From contig JAUMBJ010000159.1 in assembly GCA_032115755.1 (NCBI GenBank), positions 1 to 56,917 of the forward strand: a stretch of 56,917 bases of DNA, read 5' to 3'. This stretch comes from Saprospiraceae bacterium (GTDB taxonomy: Bacteria > Bacteroidota > Bacteroidia > Chitinophagales > Saprospiraceae). Every line of letters starts with the position of its first letter. Position 1 is the stretch's first letter. The notes under the pieces are model-generated. The model was not told the DNA's origin. It was given only the letters and a program-made list of their open reading frames with translations, and did no database searches. The translations under genes and the position numbers were made by a program. Positions 1 to 9,224 of this stretch are shown here, piece after piece.

Positions 1-377
1 AATCATTGAAATATACAAAAGAACACGAATGGATAAAAGTCGAAGGCGATGTTGCATGGGTGGGCATCACGGATTTTGCCCAAGGTGAATTAGGTGAACT
101 CGTTTACGTTGAAGTAGACACCATCGTCTAAATTGTAGCACAAAATGAGGTATTTGGTACAGTTGAAGCTGTCAAAACGACCTCGGATTTGTTTATGCCA
201 GTTTCAGGTGAAATTCTTGAGTTTAATGAAGCTATATCAGAGTCAGGTGGTGATAATCCAGGATTAATTAATTCGGATCCTTATGGAAAAGGCTGGATTG
301 TCAAAATCAGAATCACAGATCCATCTCAACTAACTGATCTAATGGATGCAAATTCCTACAGCAATATGGTTGGCTAA
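1..377 (+). pseudogene. gcvH: Glycine cleavage system protein H, N-terminus outside the window, interrupted by an in-frame TAA at 129-131
   Basis: Translation from nt 3 reads [75 protein letters not shown]...GWIVKI. This is collinear with GcvH and includes the lipoyl-lysine motif VEAVK (Lys codon 174-176). The ORF-track ORF 189-377 is only the tail, in the same frame. Confidence 0.75.
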
Positions 378-381
378 AATT

Positions 382-1503
382 CTATTTAATAGAAAGAACT
401 TCAAATTGCTTTAAAAATAAAGGATCAAAGTCTGCACCATGTCCAGGATCATCAGTTATATCGACTTTCCAGGATGGGCTGTACGTCATACCACCTAGCA
501 CGGGATCGTAAGCAAGCATTAGAGGAGAGTCTAAATCATGGAACTTTATGTTTCCCCAAGCATAATCAAAATGAACCAATGCAGAAATACCAAGTCTTGA
601 CTCAGAAAATGAGCCTACCTGACAATACATATCTGCAGCCTCAGCAATTGCAGCTATCTTCATAGCATTATATAGACCTCCTGATTTGCCTAGCTTAATA
701 TTAAACAGATCTGCAGCTCCTGCCCTGATTACCTGGATGGCATCCCGATGACTAAAAACGGTTTCATCAGCCATGATAGGTATATTACATATATCAACCA
801 ATCTTCGTTGGTCAGCAAGGTTTCCTGCTCTGATTGGTTCTTCACAATGTTCGATACCTAAATCTTCTAATGCATCTAGTACTTTCTTAGCTTCGAAATA
901 ATTCCAGCCCTGATTTGCATCTATTCGCAATGGTAAATCATCCCCAACATTTTTTCTAATGGCGCTAATCCTATCAATATCTAAATCGGCAGGATGCCCA
1001 CCCAACTTTACTTTTAACACAGGAAATCCCATTTCCTTATAAATACCTGCCTTTTCAGCCATTTTCCATGGGTCTAGCAAACTAACCGTATTATCAGTAA
1101 ATATATCTTTGTTACGACTTCCTTGTAAAAAAGCATATAGGGGCAAATGATCCATTTTCGAGACTAAATCAAATAATGCCATATCAAATGCACATTTTAC
1201 AGAAGCATTTCCAACAATCATTTTGTCCATTAAAGCAACTATTTCTGATATCTCCCGTGGATTCATGCCTATTAGCACTTTTGCCAAATCTTCCGCAAAG
1301 GCTATAGTTCCTTTCTGTGTCTCACCATGTATTGAACGATAAGGACAACATTCTCCTGTACCATATGTCCCATCTGAATTATAAATTTTAATGATAGTAT
1401 TCCTAGCATGTGTCAAAGCGCCTTTCGATATGACAAATGGCTCTTTTAAAGGTATTTCAACAGGGATAATTTCAATCTTATGAATTTTAGTCTGATGCGT
1501 CAT
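382..1503 (-). CDS. Enolase-superfamily dipeptide epimerase (L-Ala-D/L-Glu epimerase-like, MR/MLE family)
   Basis: 373 aa with LKVKLG (KxK), RIDANQGW, EEP, IMADE and FNIKLGKSGG motifs in the order typical of muconate-lactonizing/dipeptide epimerase enzymes. Confidence 0.8.
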   Translation of the reverse strand: MTHQTKIHKIEIIPVEIPLKEPFVISKGALTHARNTIIKIYNSDGTYGTGECCPYRSIHGETQKGTIAFAEDLAKVLIGMNPREISEIVALMDKMIVGNASVKCAFDMALFDLVSKMDHLPLYAFLQGSRNKDIFTDNTVSLLDPWKMAEKAGIYKEMGFPVLKVKLGGHPADLDIDRISAIRKNVGDDLPLRIDANQGWNYFEAKKVLDALEDLGIEHCEEPIRAGNLADQRRLVDICNIPIMADETVFSHRDAIQVIRAGAADLFNIKLGKSGGLYNAMKIAAIAEAADMYCQVGSFSESRLGISALVHFDYAWGNIKFHDLDSPLMLAYDPVLGGMTYSPSWKVDITDDPGHGADFDPLFLKQFEVLSIK

Positions 1504-1803
1504 ACTTAAAAATGTTGCTAAACAAAGATATCAAATAATCTATGCTTTAATAATGATAAAACATTTAAGTATTCAATGCGTTAAAAATAATACGTTTGCA
1601 GGACATTTTTTGGTGTCCGCTATAATTCAAATATTTATCTTTTATTTGCTTAAAATGTAAAGAAAATAAGATCACAAGAACAAAAAGAATCTTTGTTGAA
1701 AGATACTTATTTATGTGTATTAAATATTTATGAAATGCCTCAAAACATATTGAAAGCTTAAAAATATTACGGACTTCATGAAAGTATAAAAACAACTTTT
1801 AAA

Positions 1804-2301
1804 ATGAGACAATTATTATTCCTAATATCCTTAAAAATAATAACATCAACTATTGCAGTTGGACAACAGAAAGTATATTCCAGTTTTAATGAATTTGAAA
1901 AAGAAGTATTGAATGTAGATTATGGAGATACATTAGTTTTATTTAATTTTTGGGCTACTTGGTGTACTCCTTGTGTTGAAGAGCTCCCTTTACTTAAACA
2001 AACTATTCAAAGTCCTCCTCTTAGCCCATATAAACTTATATTTGTAAGTCTTGACAACCAAAAGGATAAAATGCGTTTAAGAAAATTTATACTAAAAAAT
2101 TTAAAAGGATATAACGTAATTTCATTGACAGATAATAAATATAACAATTGGCTGGGAAGGATTAATCATGAATGGAGTGGGAGTATTCCTGCATCATTAA
2201 TCCTATATAAGGATCAAAAATTGTTTATTGAAAAGAAATTCCATGATATTTCGGAAATTAGTACCGATATCCGAATTTGGTTATCATCCATAAAAATTTA
2301 A
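1804..2301 (+). CDS. TlpA-like thiol:disulfide oxidoreductase (thioredoxin fold, secreted)
   Basis: N-terminal signal sequence and a WATWCTPCVEELP CxxC active-site motif. Confidence 0.75.
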   Translation: MRQLLFLISLKIITSTIAVGQQKVYSSFNEFEKEVLNVDYGDTLVLFNFWATWCTPCVEELPLLKQTIQSPPLSPYKLIFVSLDNQKDKMRLRKFILKNLKGYNVISLTDNKYNNWLGRINHEWSGSIPASLILYKDQKLFIEKKFHDISEISTDIRIWLSSIKI

Positions 2302-2305
2302 AATT

Positions 2306-2905
2306 ATGCAAAGGATATTACAAATTATATTTGTAGGTTTCATTTCAATCCACACATCGCTAGCTCAAAATGCCGGTTATAAGATTGGGGATAAAGCAAC
2401 AGATTTTATTTTGCCTGGTACAGACGATAAAACTTATTCGTTAGAAAATTACAAAGACGCTAATGGATTTATTGTAATTTTTACTTGCAATAGTTGCCCT
2501 TTTGCTGTAATGTATGAAAACAGAATAAATGAAATAGCAAAAAAATATAAAAAAGAAGGCTATTTTTTGTTAGCCATTAATCCAAACGATCCTCAAATCA
2601 AACCAGAAGATAGTTTCGAAAACATGAAAAAGCGTGCAAAGGAAAAACATTTTGATTTTCCATATATTTTTGACAACGAACAAAAAATATTTTCGATATA
2701 TGGGGCTACAAAAACACCTCATGTTTTTCTACTGGATAAAGATTTGATCGTGAGATATATAGGCGCGATAGATGACAATCCGCAAGATGAAACTGCAGTT
2801 CAGGAAAAATTTCTTGAAAATGCGATTATTTCCTTAAAGAGAGGCATAAAACCAAATCCAGAAGTGACGAAAGCCATTGGTTGCTCAATAAAGATCAAAA
2901 AATAA
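2306..2905 (+). CDS. Thioredoxin-fold redoxin / AhpC-TSA-like protein (secreted)
   Basis: Signal peptide, an FTCNSCPF motif and redoxin-like length (199 aa). It starts 5 nt after the preceding Trx-fold gene. Confidence 0.7.
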   Translation: MQRILQIIFVGFISIHTSLAQNAGYKIGDKATDFILPGTDDKTYSLENYKDANGFIVIFTCNSCPFAVMYENRINEIAKKYKKEGYFLLAINPNDPQIKPEDSFENMKKRAKEKHFDFPYIFDNEQKIFSIYGATKTPHVFLLDKDLIVRYIGAIDDNPQDETAVQEKFLENAIISLKRGIKPNPEVTKAIGCSIKIKK

Positions 2906-2907
2906 GT

Positions 2908-3393
2908 ATGATGTATAAAATTAAATTTTTAGTACTTGTTACCTTAATTGGCTTAAGCCTATATGCCTGCAAGCAAGAAAACATGACATCTGAAAATCAA
3001 AAAACAAGCCTTATGAAATATGGTTTTCCACTAGAAATCAACACTCCAGAGAATGCTTCATTTATTAAAAATAAGAGCGGAGCGACAGATCATCTGATCA
3101 TTACAAACAATAAGGATTTTAATTTACAAATTAATATGGCTGACGCTGTAAGTTATTCGTTAACTGAGGTAAAGACCCGGGAAAGAGAAAATATAAAAAC
3201 AAACCCGTTTTTCCAGAAAATTCTTGAGGACTACGATGATGGCTTTTTATATGAATATGAAACACCAAATGGTCTTGCTTATGATTTCCGAATATTTAAA
3301 TTACAAGGAAGTAAAACATATACTTTCCAATCTGGTATAACTGGCCAATTCTCTGAAAAAGATGTTAAGTATATGATAAAATCTATCAGATAA
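2908..3393 (+). CDS. Hypothetical lipoprotein
   Basis: The internal start MMYKIKFLVLVTLIGLSLYAC gives a lipoprotein-type signal ending in Cys. The ORF-track start at 2881 overlaps the upstream gene. No family recognised. Confidence 0.5.
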   Translation: MMYKIKFLVLVTLIGLSLYACKQENMTSENQKTSLMKYGFPLEINTPENASFIKNKSGATDHLIITNNKDFNLQINMADAVSYSLTEVKTRERENIKTNPFFQKILEDYDDGFLYEYETPNGLAYDFRIFKLQGSKTYTFQSGITGQFSEKDVKYMIKSIR

Positions 3394-3438
3394 AATATCA
3401 ACCTTTAAGATTTGTCTAAATGGGTTTTTATGCCGTAT

Positions 3439-4185
3439 TTATCCAAAGTAATTTAATTTATGTAATACGGATAATTGAGCCCCATAGCATTCGGCTAAAT
3501 TTTTTTGATTAAATACACTTTTAACATCTCCAAAAGCTATTAACCTTTGGTTAATCATAATTACTTTGTCAAAATATTTTTCAATTGTGGATAAATCATG
3601 ATGAACGAGTAAAAATGTTTTGCCTTGCTTACTCAACTTATGCATAATAGATACGATCTTTTCCTCCGTGGTTATATCTACACCTGCAAAAGGCTCGTCC
3701 ATAAAAAAAACTTCTGCTTCCTGGGCCAAGGCTCTTGCAATAAAAACCCTTTGTTGCTGTCCCCCAGAAAGTTGACCGATTTGTCTGTCTGCAAGATGTT
3801 CTATCTCCATATCCTGTAAAGCCGCTTTCACCTTTTTGCGGTCAGTTTGATCGATTCGTTCAAATAATGTTTTATGCGGATATCTTCCCATAAGCACAAT
3901 GTCATAAACTGTTGCAGGAAAATCAAGCTCAAAAAAATCTTTTTGAGGTAAATAAGCTGTTTTTAGCCTGGTTTTTGATATCGGTCCACCAAATACCTCT
4001 ACCCTACCCTCTATGTTTTCAGAAAGTCCAAGTATTGCTTTAAAAAAAGTCGATTTGCCCGCTCCATTAGGTCCAATTATTGCATAGTTACACCCTCTTT
4101 CAATTTCCAGATATACGTTACTTAGGACAGTTCTACGTTCATAGCGTACACTCAAACCTTTAATAGTAATTATAGACTCAGGCAT
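3439..4185 (-). CDS. Metal (Mn/Zn/Fe-type) ABC transporter ATP-binding protein
   Basis: Walker A GPNGAGKST, ABC signature LSGGQQQR, Walker B FFMDEP. It overlaps the upstream substrate-binding-protein gene by 8 nt. Confidence 0.9.
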   Translation of the reverse strand: MPESIITIKGLSVRYERRTVLSNVYLEIERGCNYAIIGPNGAGKSTFFKAILGLSENIEGRVEVFGGPISKTRLKTAYLPQKDFFELDFPATVYDIVLMGRYPHKTLFERIDQTDRKKVKAALQDMEIEHLADRQIGQLSGGQQQRVFIARALAQEAEVFFMDEPFAGVDITTEEKIVSIMHKLSKQGKTFLLVHHDLSTIEKYFDKVIMINQRLIAFGDVKSVFNQKNLAECYGAQLSVLHKLNYFG

Positions 4186-5197
4186 TTTTTTTATTTAATA
4201 TATTAATAAAAATGAGTGATAGTAATAATAACAATAAAACCAAGGCACCATATTGTTGGTATATCGATAAAGTAAATGGAAACTTTTGTTTGTTTATATT
4301 GGTAGAAGAGGATAAACCAGTATATACCACGGTTACATTATAACGCATCATTTTTATATAGGTTTCTGCTTCTGAACCAAGAGGTCCTAAAGAATCGGAG
4401 TACAGACTTCCGCCAACTTTAATTCCCAGATCTTTGGCCAGTTGTTGGAGTATAACTGGATTAATAGTACTTTCAATAAATATGGTTGGGACCTTAAATT
4501 GTTTTATAAACTGCGATAATCTGATAAAATCCGAAGTTCGCGGCTCTGCCTCCGTAGAGGTTCCCATAAGTGGTACCACCTCTATATGGTAAGATAATCC
4601 AAAATAGCGGAACGCATCATGCGAAGTTACCAAAAATCTGTTTTTTTCAGGAATTTGCTTAATGAGGCCTCTAACAAAGAGGTCAAGATCCTCTAGAGAG
4701 CTGTTATAATGCTCATATCTTTTATGGAGGAGGTGCTTGTGTCTTGGTAAAACTTTAACCAGCGATTCCAGAATGTTTTTAATGTAAATTTGAGCATTTT
4801 TTACATCCATCCAGGCATGCGGATCTATCATCTGACGATTATTATCATCCTGTAATGGTATTATACCTTTGCTAACGATAACGGTTGGCGCTAAGGTTTG
4901 ACTATTTTTAATCATTCTGGTCAGCCATGATTCCAGATGAAGACCATTCATGAAAATAATATCTGCCTGCTTTAAAAGTTGAATATCCCCCGCTTTAGGA
5001 TCATAGGAGTGCGGATCACTACCCACTGGAACAATAGTATGTACAATAGCCAAATCACCACTAATTTGCTGGACCATATCTCTTATAATGGAATTACTGG
5101 CAATAATTTTGAGAGGTATTTTGTCATTTCCATAACTACATTGGATCGCAATTGCCAATAACGCAGTTAAGTAAAATGATCTACGGCGTTTATCCAT
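4178..5197 (-). CDS. Cluster A-I (TroA/PsaA/ZnuA-like) metal ABC substrate-binding protein with an unusual C-terminal hydrophobic anchor
   Basis: N-terminal signal, then HSYDP and DPHAWMD metal-ligand motifs. There is no His-rich loop. The C-terminus YGALVLLLLLLSLIFINILNKKNA looks like a TM helix. Confidence 0.85.
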   Translation of the reverse strand: MDKRRRSFYLTALLAIAIQCSYGNDKIPLKIIASNSIIRDMVQQISGDLAIVHTIVPVGSDPHSYDPKAGDIQLLKQADIIFMNGLHLESWLTRMIKNSQTLAPTVIVSKGIIPLQDDNNRQMIDPHAWMDVKNAQIYIKNILESLVKVLPRHKHLLHKRYEHYNSSLEDLDLFVRGLIKQIPEKNRFLVTSHDAFRYFGLSYHIEVVPLMGTSTEAEPRTSDFIRLSQFIKQFKVPTIFIESTINPVILQQLAKDLGIKVGGSLYSDSLGPLGSEAETYIKMMRYNVTVVYTGLSSSTNINKQKFPFTLSIYQQYGALVLLLLLLSLIFINILNKKNA

Positions 5198-5214
5198 TTG
5201 GTATCATTTGGATT

Positions 5215-5874
5215 TTATAATTTTTTAACTAGAAGATTAGCAGCTACTTGCCTTGAAATCAAGTGATCAAATCTTCCATCCGTAAGTATTCTACATGACT
5301 GATCATAACTGACTTTTTGAACAACTTTAATTTGTGTTCCAAGTCTTATTTTTAAATCATTAAGATATTCTAAAAAATCAGTATCATGTTCCCTTACTCC
5401 AATCAATATTCCTGCAGAGCCGGTTGGAAGTTCTGCCACACTCCATTGTGAGCGAAGTGTAAACTTACCATCTGCATTAGGTATAGGGTCACCATGAGGA
5501 TCAAATTTAGGGTACTGTAAGAATTCGTCCAATCTGTTGATAAGCTCTTCTGAATCTACATGCTCAAGCATTTCAGCCAAATCGTGAACCTGATGCCAAG
5601 CAAACTTTAATTTCTCTGCTAAAAAAAATTCCCATAGGCGGTGTTTTCTGACAAGCTGGATAGCAATTCGATTTCCCAATGGAGTCAGGAAAACACCTTT
5701 ATACTTTTCATAATTAACCATTTTCTTTTCCGAAAGTCTTTGCAGCATATCTGTTGCTGACGCTGCAGAAGTTTTCATAAAACCTGCAACAGCATTCGTG
5801 CTAACAGATTTTTTCTCTTTTTCAGCAATCTTGAAAATGGCCTTTAAATAATTTTCCTCTGCTTGTGTATACAT
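5215..5874 (-). CDS. DtxR/MntR-family metal-dependent transcriptional repressor with a C-terminal FeoA/SH3-like domain
   Basis: 219 aa. N-terminal wHTH (AGFMKTSAASATDMLQRLSEKKMV), a HRLWEFFL dimerisation/metal region, and a C-terminal extension typical of DtxR/IdeR-type proteins. Confidence 0.85.
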   Translation of the reverse strand: MYTQAEENYLKAIFKIAEKEKKSVSTNAVAGFMKTSAASATDMLQRLSEKKMVNYEKYKGVFLTPLGNRIAIQLVRKHRLWEFFLAEKLKFAWHQVHDLAEMLEHVDSEELINRLDEFLQYPKFDPHGDPIPNADGKFTLRSQWSVAELPTGSAGILIGVREHDTDFLEYLNDLKIRLGTQIKVVQKVSYDQSCRILTDGRFDHLISRQVAANLLVKKL

Positions 5875-5892
5875 GAAATCAAAATTTTATGT

Positions 5893-5900
5893 CAAAAATA
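5893..5900 (-). promoter_or_regulatory. Bacteroidota sigma-A -7 box (TATTTTTG, matching TAnnTTTG) for the repressor/SBP/ATPase operon
   Basis: The reverse complement of caaaaata matches TAnnTTTG and lies 19-26 nt upstream of the ATG at 5874. Confidence 0.4.
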
Positions 5901-5906
5901 ATATAT

Positions 5907-5925
5907 TTAGATTGCCCTAAACTAT
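5907..5925. promoter_or_regulatory. Candidate DtxR-type operator
   Basis: TTAGATTGCCCTAAACTAT matches the DtxR consensus TTAGGTTAGCCTAACCTAA at 14 of 19 positions. It contains a TTTAG-N6-CTAAA inverted repeat and sits immediately upstream of the -7 box of the operon that encodes the repressor. Confidence 0.4.
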
Positions 5926-6041
5926 ATTTTTGATAAGAATAAATATTAATTTTAAAAAAATAATTTCACAATTTCCAAGACGCTTTTAAATCAGTTATTT
6001 TTCACCATTTTTGTACTACATTTACCTAAAAATAGAAGTTC

Positions 6042-6533
6042 ATGATAATTTCTTGCATAGTGGCTACTGATCGAAATGGAGTAATTGGGAAGGATAATGA
6101 GATTCCTTGGTATTTACCCGCAGACCTTCAGTATTTTAAAAAGAAAACCTTGGGCCACCACGTCATAATGGGTAGAAATTGTTATGTTTCTATAGGCAAA
6201 CCACTTCCCAAGCGAACCAATATAATTGTTACCAGGGATATGTATTTCATTTCCTCTAACTGTCTCATAGCACGTAGTATCCAGGAAGCATTACAAATGG
6301 CTCACCATGGGGGTGAGGATGAAGTATTCATCATTGGAGGAGGCCAGATCTATGAACAGACCATTACGCTTTGGGACAGACTATATTTAACAGAAGTAGA
6401 TCTTGAAGCAGAAGGTGATGTTTATTTTCCAAAGATTATTGCCACGGAATGGAAACTTATCACGGAAGAAAAACATGAAAAAGATGAAAAAAATCCATTC
6501 AATTACACCTTCAAAATTTTAGAGAAAAAATAG
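6042..6533 (+). CDS. folA: Dihydrofolate reductase
   Basis: IVATDRNGVIGKDNEIPW, LPADLQYFKKKT, VIMGR and IIGGGQIY motifs; 163 aa. Confidence 0.9.
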   Translation: MIISCIVATDRNGVIGKDNEIPWYLPADLQYFKKKTLGHHVIMGRNCYVSIGKPLPKRTNIIVTRDMYFISSNCLIARSIQEALQMAHHGGEDEVFIIGGGQIYEQTITLWDRLYLTEVDLEAEGDVYFPKIIATEWKLITEEKHEKDEKNPFNYTFKILEKK

Positions 6534-6559
6534 TATCTTTATAGGAAACTACTACTCCT

Positions 6560-7828
6560 ATGAAAATGAACGAAGACTTTCTCCAGTATATCTGGAGAAC
6601 GAGGCTATTTAATTTTGCCAACCTTACAACTACTGAAGAAATAAAAATCGAGATTATCGATTTTGGCATGTATAATAAAAATGCTGGTCCGGATTTTCTA
6701 CACGCCAAAATAAAAATGCAGGAAATCATATGGACAGGTCACATTGAAATACATGTTAAAAGTTCTGATTGGTACAAACATAAACATTCAGAAGATCCCG
6801 CCTATAAAAATATAATACTACATGTTGTGTACGACATGGATATCCATATAATTTTAAACAATAGAACATTACCATGCCTTGAACTTAAAAGTAGAATTCC
6901 AAAAATATATTTCAACAACTACAAAAAATTGAATTCCAGTATTCTAAAGTGGACACCATGTCAGGATTTCCTGGTATCAATTCCAACAGTATTGCAGCAG
7001 TCCTGGCTCGATCGTCTTGGAATGGAAAGACTGATTTTTAAAGCTCAAGAAACTTCAAAATTACTGCATCATTTAAATCAAGACTGGGAAACATGTTTTT
7101 ACATTTTACTTTCAAAATATATGGGAGGAACTGTAAATGGTCATGCTTTCCAACGGCTAGCCGAATCTGTTCCACTTTCGTTAATTAGAAAAAACAGCCA
7201 TAGGCCAGATTATATGCTGGCATTATTTCTTGGACAATCAGGGCTTCTCAGCGAACATTATTTGCCAGATTATCACTCTACATTAGAGTCACTTTATCAA
7301 TTTTTACGCATAAAATACAATTTAACCCCTATGCAAAAATTAGAATGGAAGTGGAGTAGAATGAGACCTAAAAGTTTTCCGCAACATAGAATAATTCAAT
7401 TAATCAGTATTCGAGGTCTTGGAAATTCATTGTTTACAGAACTTATGGAAAAGCTGGAGGAAAATAACCCCAAAAATTCATTATTCAGTTTAAATCCGGA
7501 ATTTGACAAACTTCTGCAAAATTCTGAAAGCAAAAATTATATTTCATCAGATCTATCCCAACATTTAATGATCAATGCCTTTATCCCTTTATATATATTA
7601 TTCATTGAATATTACCGCCCCTACAATTCCAAGGAAAAACTGATCACAATATTAGAAAATATGTATCCTGAAAAAAACAACATTACAATAGGATGGAATA
7701 AGTATGGTATTAAAGCTAGTCACGCATTCCATTCGCAGGGAATGATACAATTAAAAAAAGCCTATTGTGAACCTAAGAATTGCTTGAAATGCGCCTTTGG
7801 ACATACCATTATTCAAGGCGTAAAATAA
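6560..7828 (+). CDS. DUF2851-family protein
   Basis: N-terminus EDFLQYIWRTRLF, GPDF, a HIEIHVKSSDW.KHKH motif and a C-terminal CxxC. Length and pattern match the Bacteroidota DUF2851 family. Confidence 0.7.
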   Translation: MKMNEDFLQYIWRTRLFNFANLTTTEEIKIEIIDFGMYNKNAGPDFLHAKIKMQEIIWTGHIEIHVKSSDWYKHKHSEDPAYKNIILHVVYDMDIHIILNNRTLPCLELKSRIPKIYFNNYKKLNSSILKWTPCQDFLVSIPTVLQQSWLDRLGMERLIFKAQETSKLLHHLNQDWETCFYILLSKYMGGTVNGHAFQRLAESVPLSLIRKNSHRPDYMLALFLGQSGLLSEHYLPDYHSTLESLYQFLRIKYNLTPMQKLEWKWSRMRPKSFPQHRIIQLISIRGLGNSLFTELMEKLEENNPKNSLFSLNPEFDKLLQNSESKNYISSDLSQHLMINAFIPLYILFIEYYRPYNSKEKLITILENMYPEKNNITIGWNKYGIKASHAFHSQGMIQLKKAYCEPKNCLKCAFGHTIIQGVK

Positions 7829-7856
7829 AAAAGGATATCGGCCTGCGCCGATATCC
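7822..7856 (-). terminator. Rho-independent terminator serving the minus-strand gene 7916-8995
   Basis: Perfect 10-bp stem GGATATCGGC (7833-7842) / GCCGATATCC (7847-7856) with loop CTGC. On the minus strand it is followed by TTTTTTATTTT. The plus strand has no T-run after it. Confidence 0.65.
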
Positions 7857-7915
7857 TAAAGTAAATGAGTAAGCAGTATTAGTTTAATTCAATTTTTTTC
7901 AAGCTAGAAGGACAA

Positions 7916-8995
7916 TTATTTATTCCGGATATTAAAACCAAAAGAAATTCCGAACCGCATATCATCTTTAGATGGTACAAAAAAAGCATTTACTGGAATA
8001 TTCAGCTTACCGGATCGAAAAGAATAACCTGCTGCAATCACAACATAGCTGGCAAAGTTATATGAACCTCTACTATCGAGCTTTTTCTCTAATGGGTTAT
8101 TTTCTGTATTGGGCCTATCTGTTGGTCTGTGCCATTGACCATCGAAGAAATATTTATCAGATTTTTTCACTACATTAAATGATGGACCTATTGCAAATTC
8201 CAATCCGTTTTTATTGCTTCTTATTCCATTTAGCAAGGTAACACTTGGTATAAACAATCCTTGATCCATTCCGGAAATCAATGGGATAAACTCAAATAAT
8301 GCCTGCCACTTTCCTTCACTCAAATACTGAATTTCAAATTGATATCCCATTTGAAAGAATGCAGGTAACGCATCATATCCCCCCTGACTTTGCGGCGCTC
8401 TAAGGACAGAAGCGGTTTGTCCGGTAAAAAAAGTGTATCCCATTCTTGGTCCTGATAAATTCAGCCTCTGATAATAAGGATTATTAATGGCACTTTCGTA
8501 GCTCTCCTTATTAGAAAGACTATTCACTATAACCTTGTCATTCTCAACACCATTCATCTCGTTTACACAAATACTAATCATAGTATTCAGTTTCTGCGGT
8601 ATGTAAAGAAACTCCTTCACAATTTCCTTGTCAACAGTTGCACTTTGAAGATTGAGTAGTCTAATCCGGATGAAAAGTGCGTCTCCAAGTTTGTCCACAC
8701 TCGCTGCCACCAGATAGTCAACTTTTAAAATTTTACCAGCTTCCATTAGGCAGGATTTGCTAAGGCATGTCCTAGGATCAATATTAGCTTTACTAAGCGC
8801 CTCTTTAATTTCATAACGGTCTATAAGTTCATACTTACCATGCTTACTAATTTCAATACGGAGTAACTCCGTTAATTCTTCAGGCTTTAGTTCACTTTGA
8901 TTGGCGTCAAAACTTACTACAGCTAATTTTGGATTTTGAGCCAGCGCCCAAACGTTCATGGTCACGAAGATCATAAAAATCAAATGCTTTTTCAT
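7916..8995 (-). CDS. Hypothetical outer-membrane protein: N-terminal CsgG/LpoB/TolB-N-like domain plus a C-terminal putative beta-barrel
   Basis: Signal peptide. The N-terminal ~110 aa (AVVSFDAN...ELIDRYEIKEAL...AGKILKVDYLVAASVDKLGDALFIRIRLLNLQSATV) follow the CsgG/LpoB-type pattern. The C-terminal half has alternating aromatic/Gly beta-strand character. Confidence 0.45.
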   Translation of the reverse strand: MKKHLIFMIFVTMNVWALAQNPKLAVVSFDANQSELKPEELTELLRIEISKHGKYELIDRYEIKEALSKANIDPRTCLSKSCLMEAGKILKVDYLVAASVDKLGDALFIRIRLLNLQSATVDKEIVKEFLYIPQKLNTMISICVNEMNGVENDKVIVNSLSNKESYESAINNPYYQRLNLSGPRMGYTFFTGQTASVLRAPQSQGGYDALPAFFQMGYQFEIQYLSEGKWQALFEFIPLISGMDQGLFIPSVTLLNGIRSNKNGLEFAIGPSFNVVKKSDKYFFDGQWHRPTDRPNTENNPLEKKLDSRGSYNFASYVVIAAGYSFRSGKLNIPVNAFFVPSKDDMRFGISFGFNIRNK

Positions 8996-9156
8996 TGTTA
9001 ATGTTTTTTGTGGTTAATTAATGCTCCAAAGGTATAATCAATCGTAATTTAATTTTTATTTATTTACGCAATGTATATTATATTATTATGCATTTTGTTT
9101 ATGTATAGATTTTTTATAAATTATTTATAGCTATAATAATCTTTTTTTAATTTTCA

Positions 9157-9164
9157 TAATTTTG
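9157..9164 (+). promoter_or_regulatory. Candidate -7 box TAATTTTG
   Basis: Exact TAnnTTTG match 61 nt upstream of the ATG at 9225. It lies in a very AT-rich 225-bp intergenic region, so chance occurrence is possible. Confidence 0.3.
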
Positions 9165-9224
9165 TAAAAAACATTATTTTTCATTTTTTAATTTTTTTCT
9201 ATAATCAATTATTATTTTTAGTTA

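Noticed and set aside
129-131. TAA within gcvH as evidence of stop-codon reassignment or programmed readthrough
   Set aside because: gcvH itself terminates at TAA (375-377), and other well-supported genes here also end in TAA at family-typical lengths (for example 1804-2301 and the minus-strand genes ending at 7916 and 49661). No recoding signal is evident. A point mutation or sequencing error is the simpler explanation.
1565-1795. 76-aa minus-strand ORF in the 300-bp AT-rich gap between the epimerase and the Trx-fold gene; similarly 36010-36195
   Set aside because: Both have Ile/Lys/Phe/Asn-rich composition dictated by AT-rich intergenic DNA. They have no plausible start context or motif, and the second spans a terminator and promoter region.
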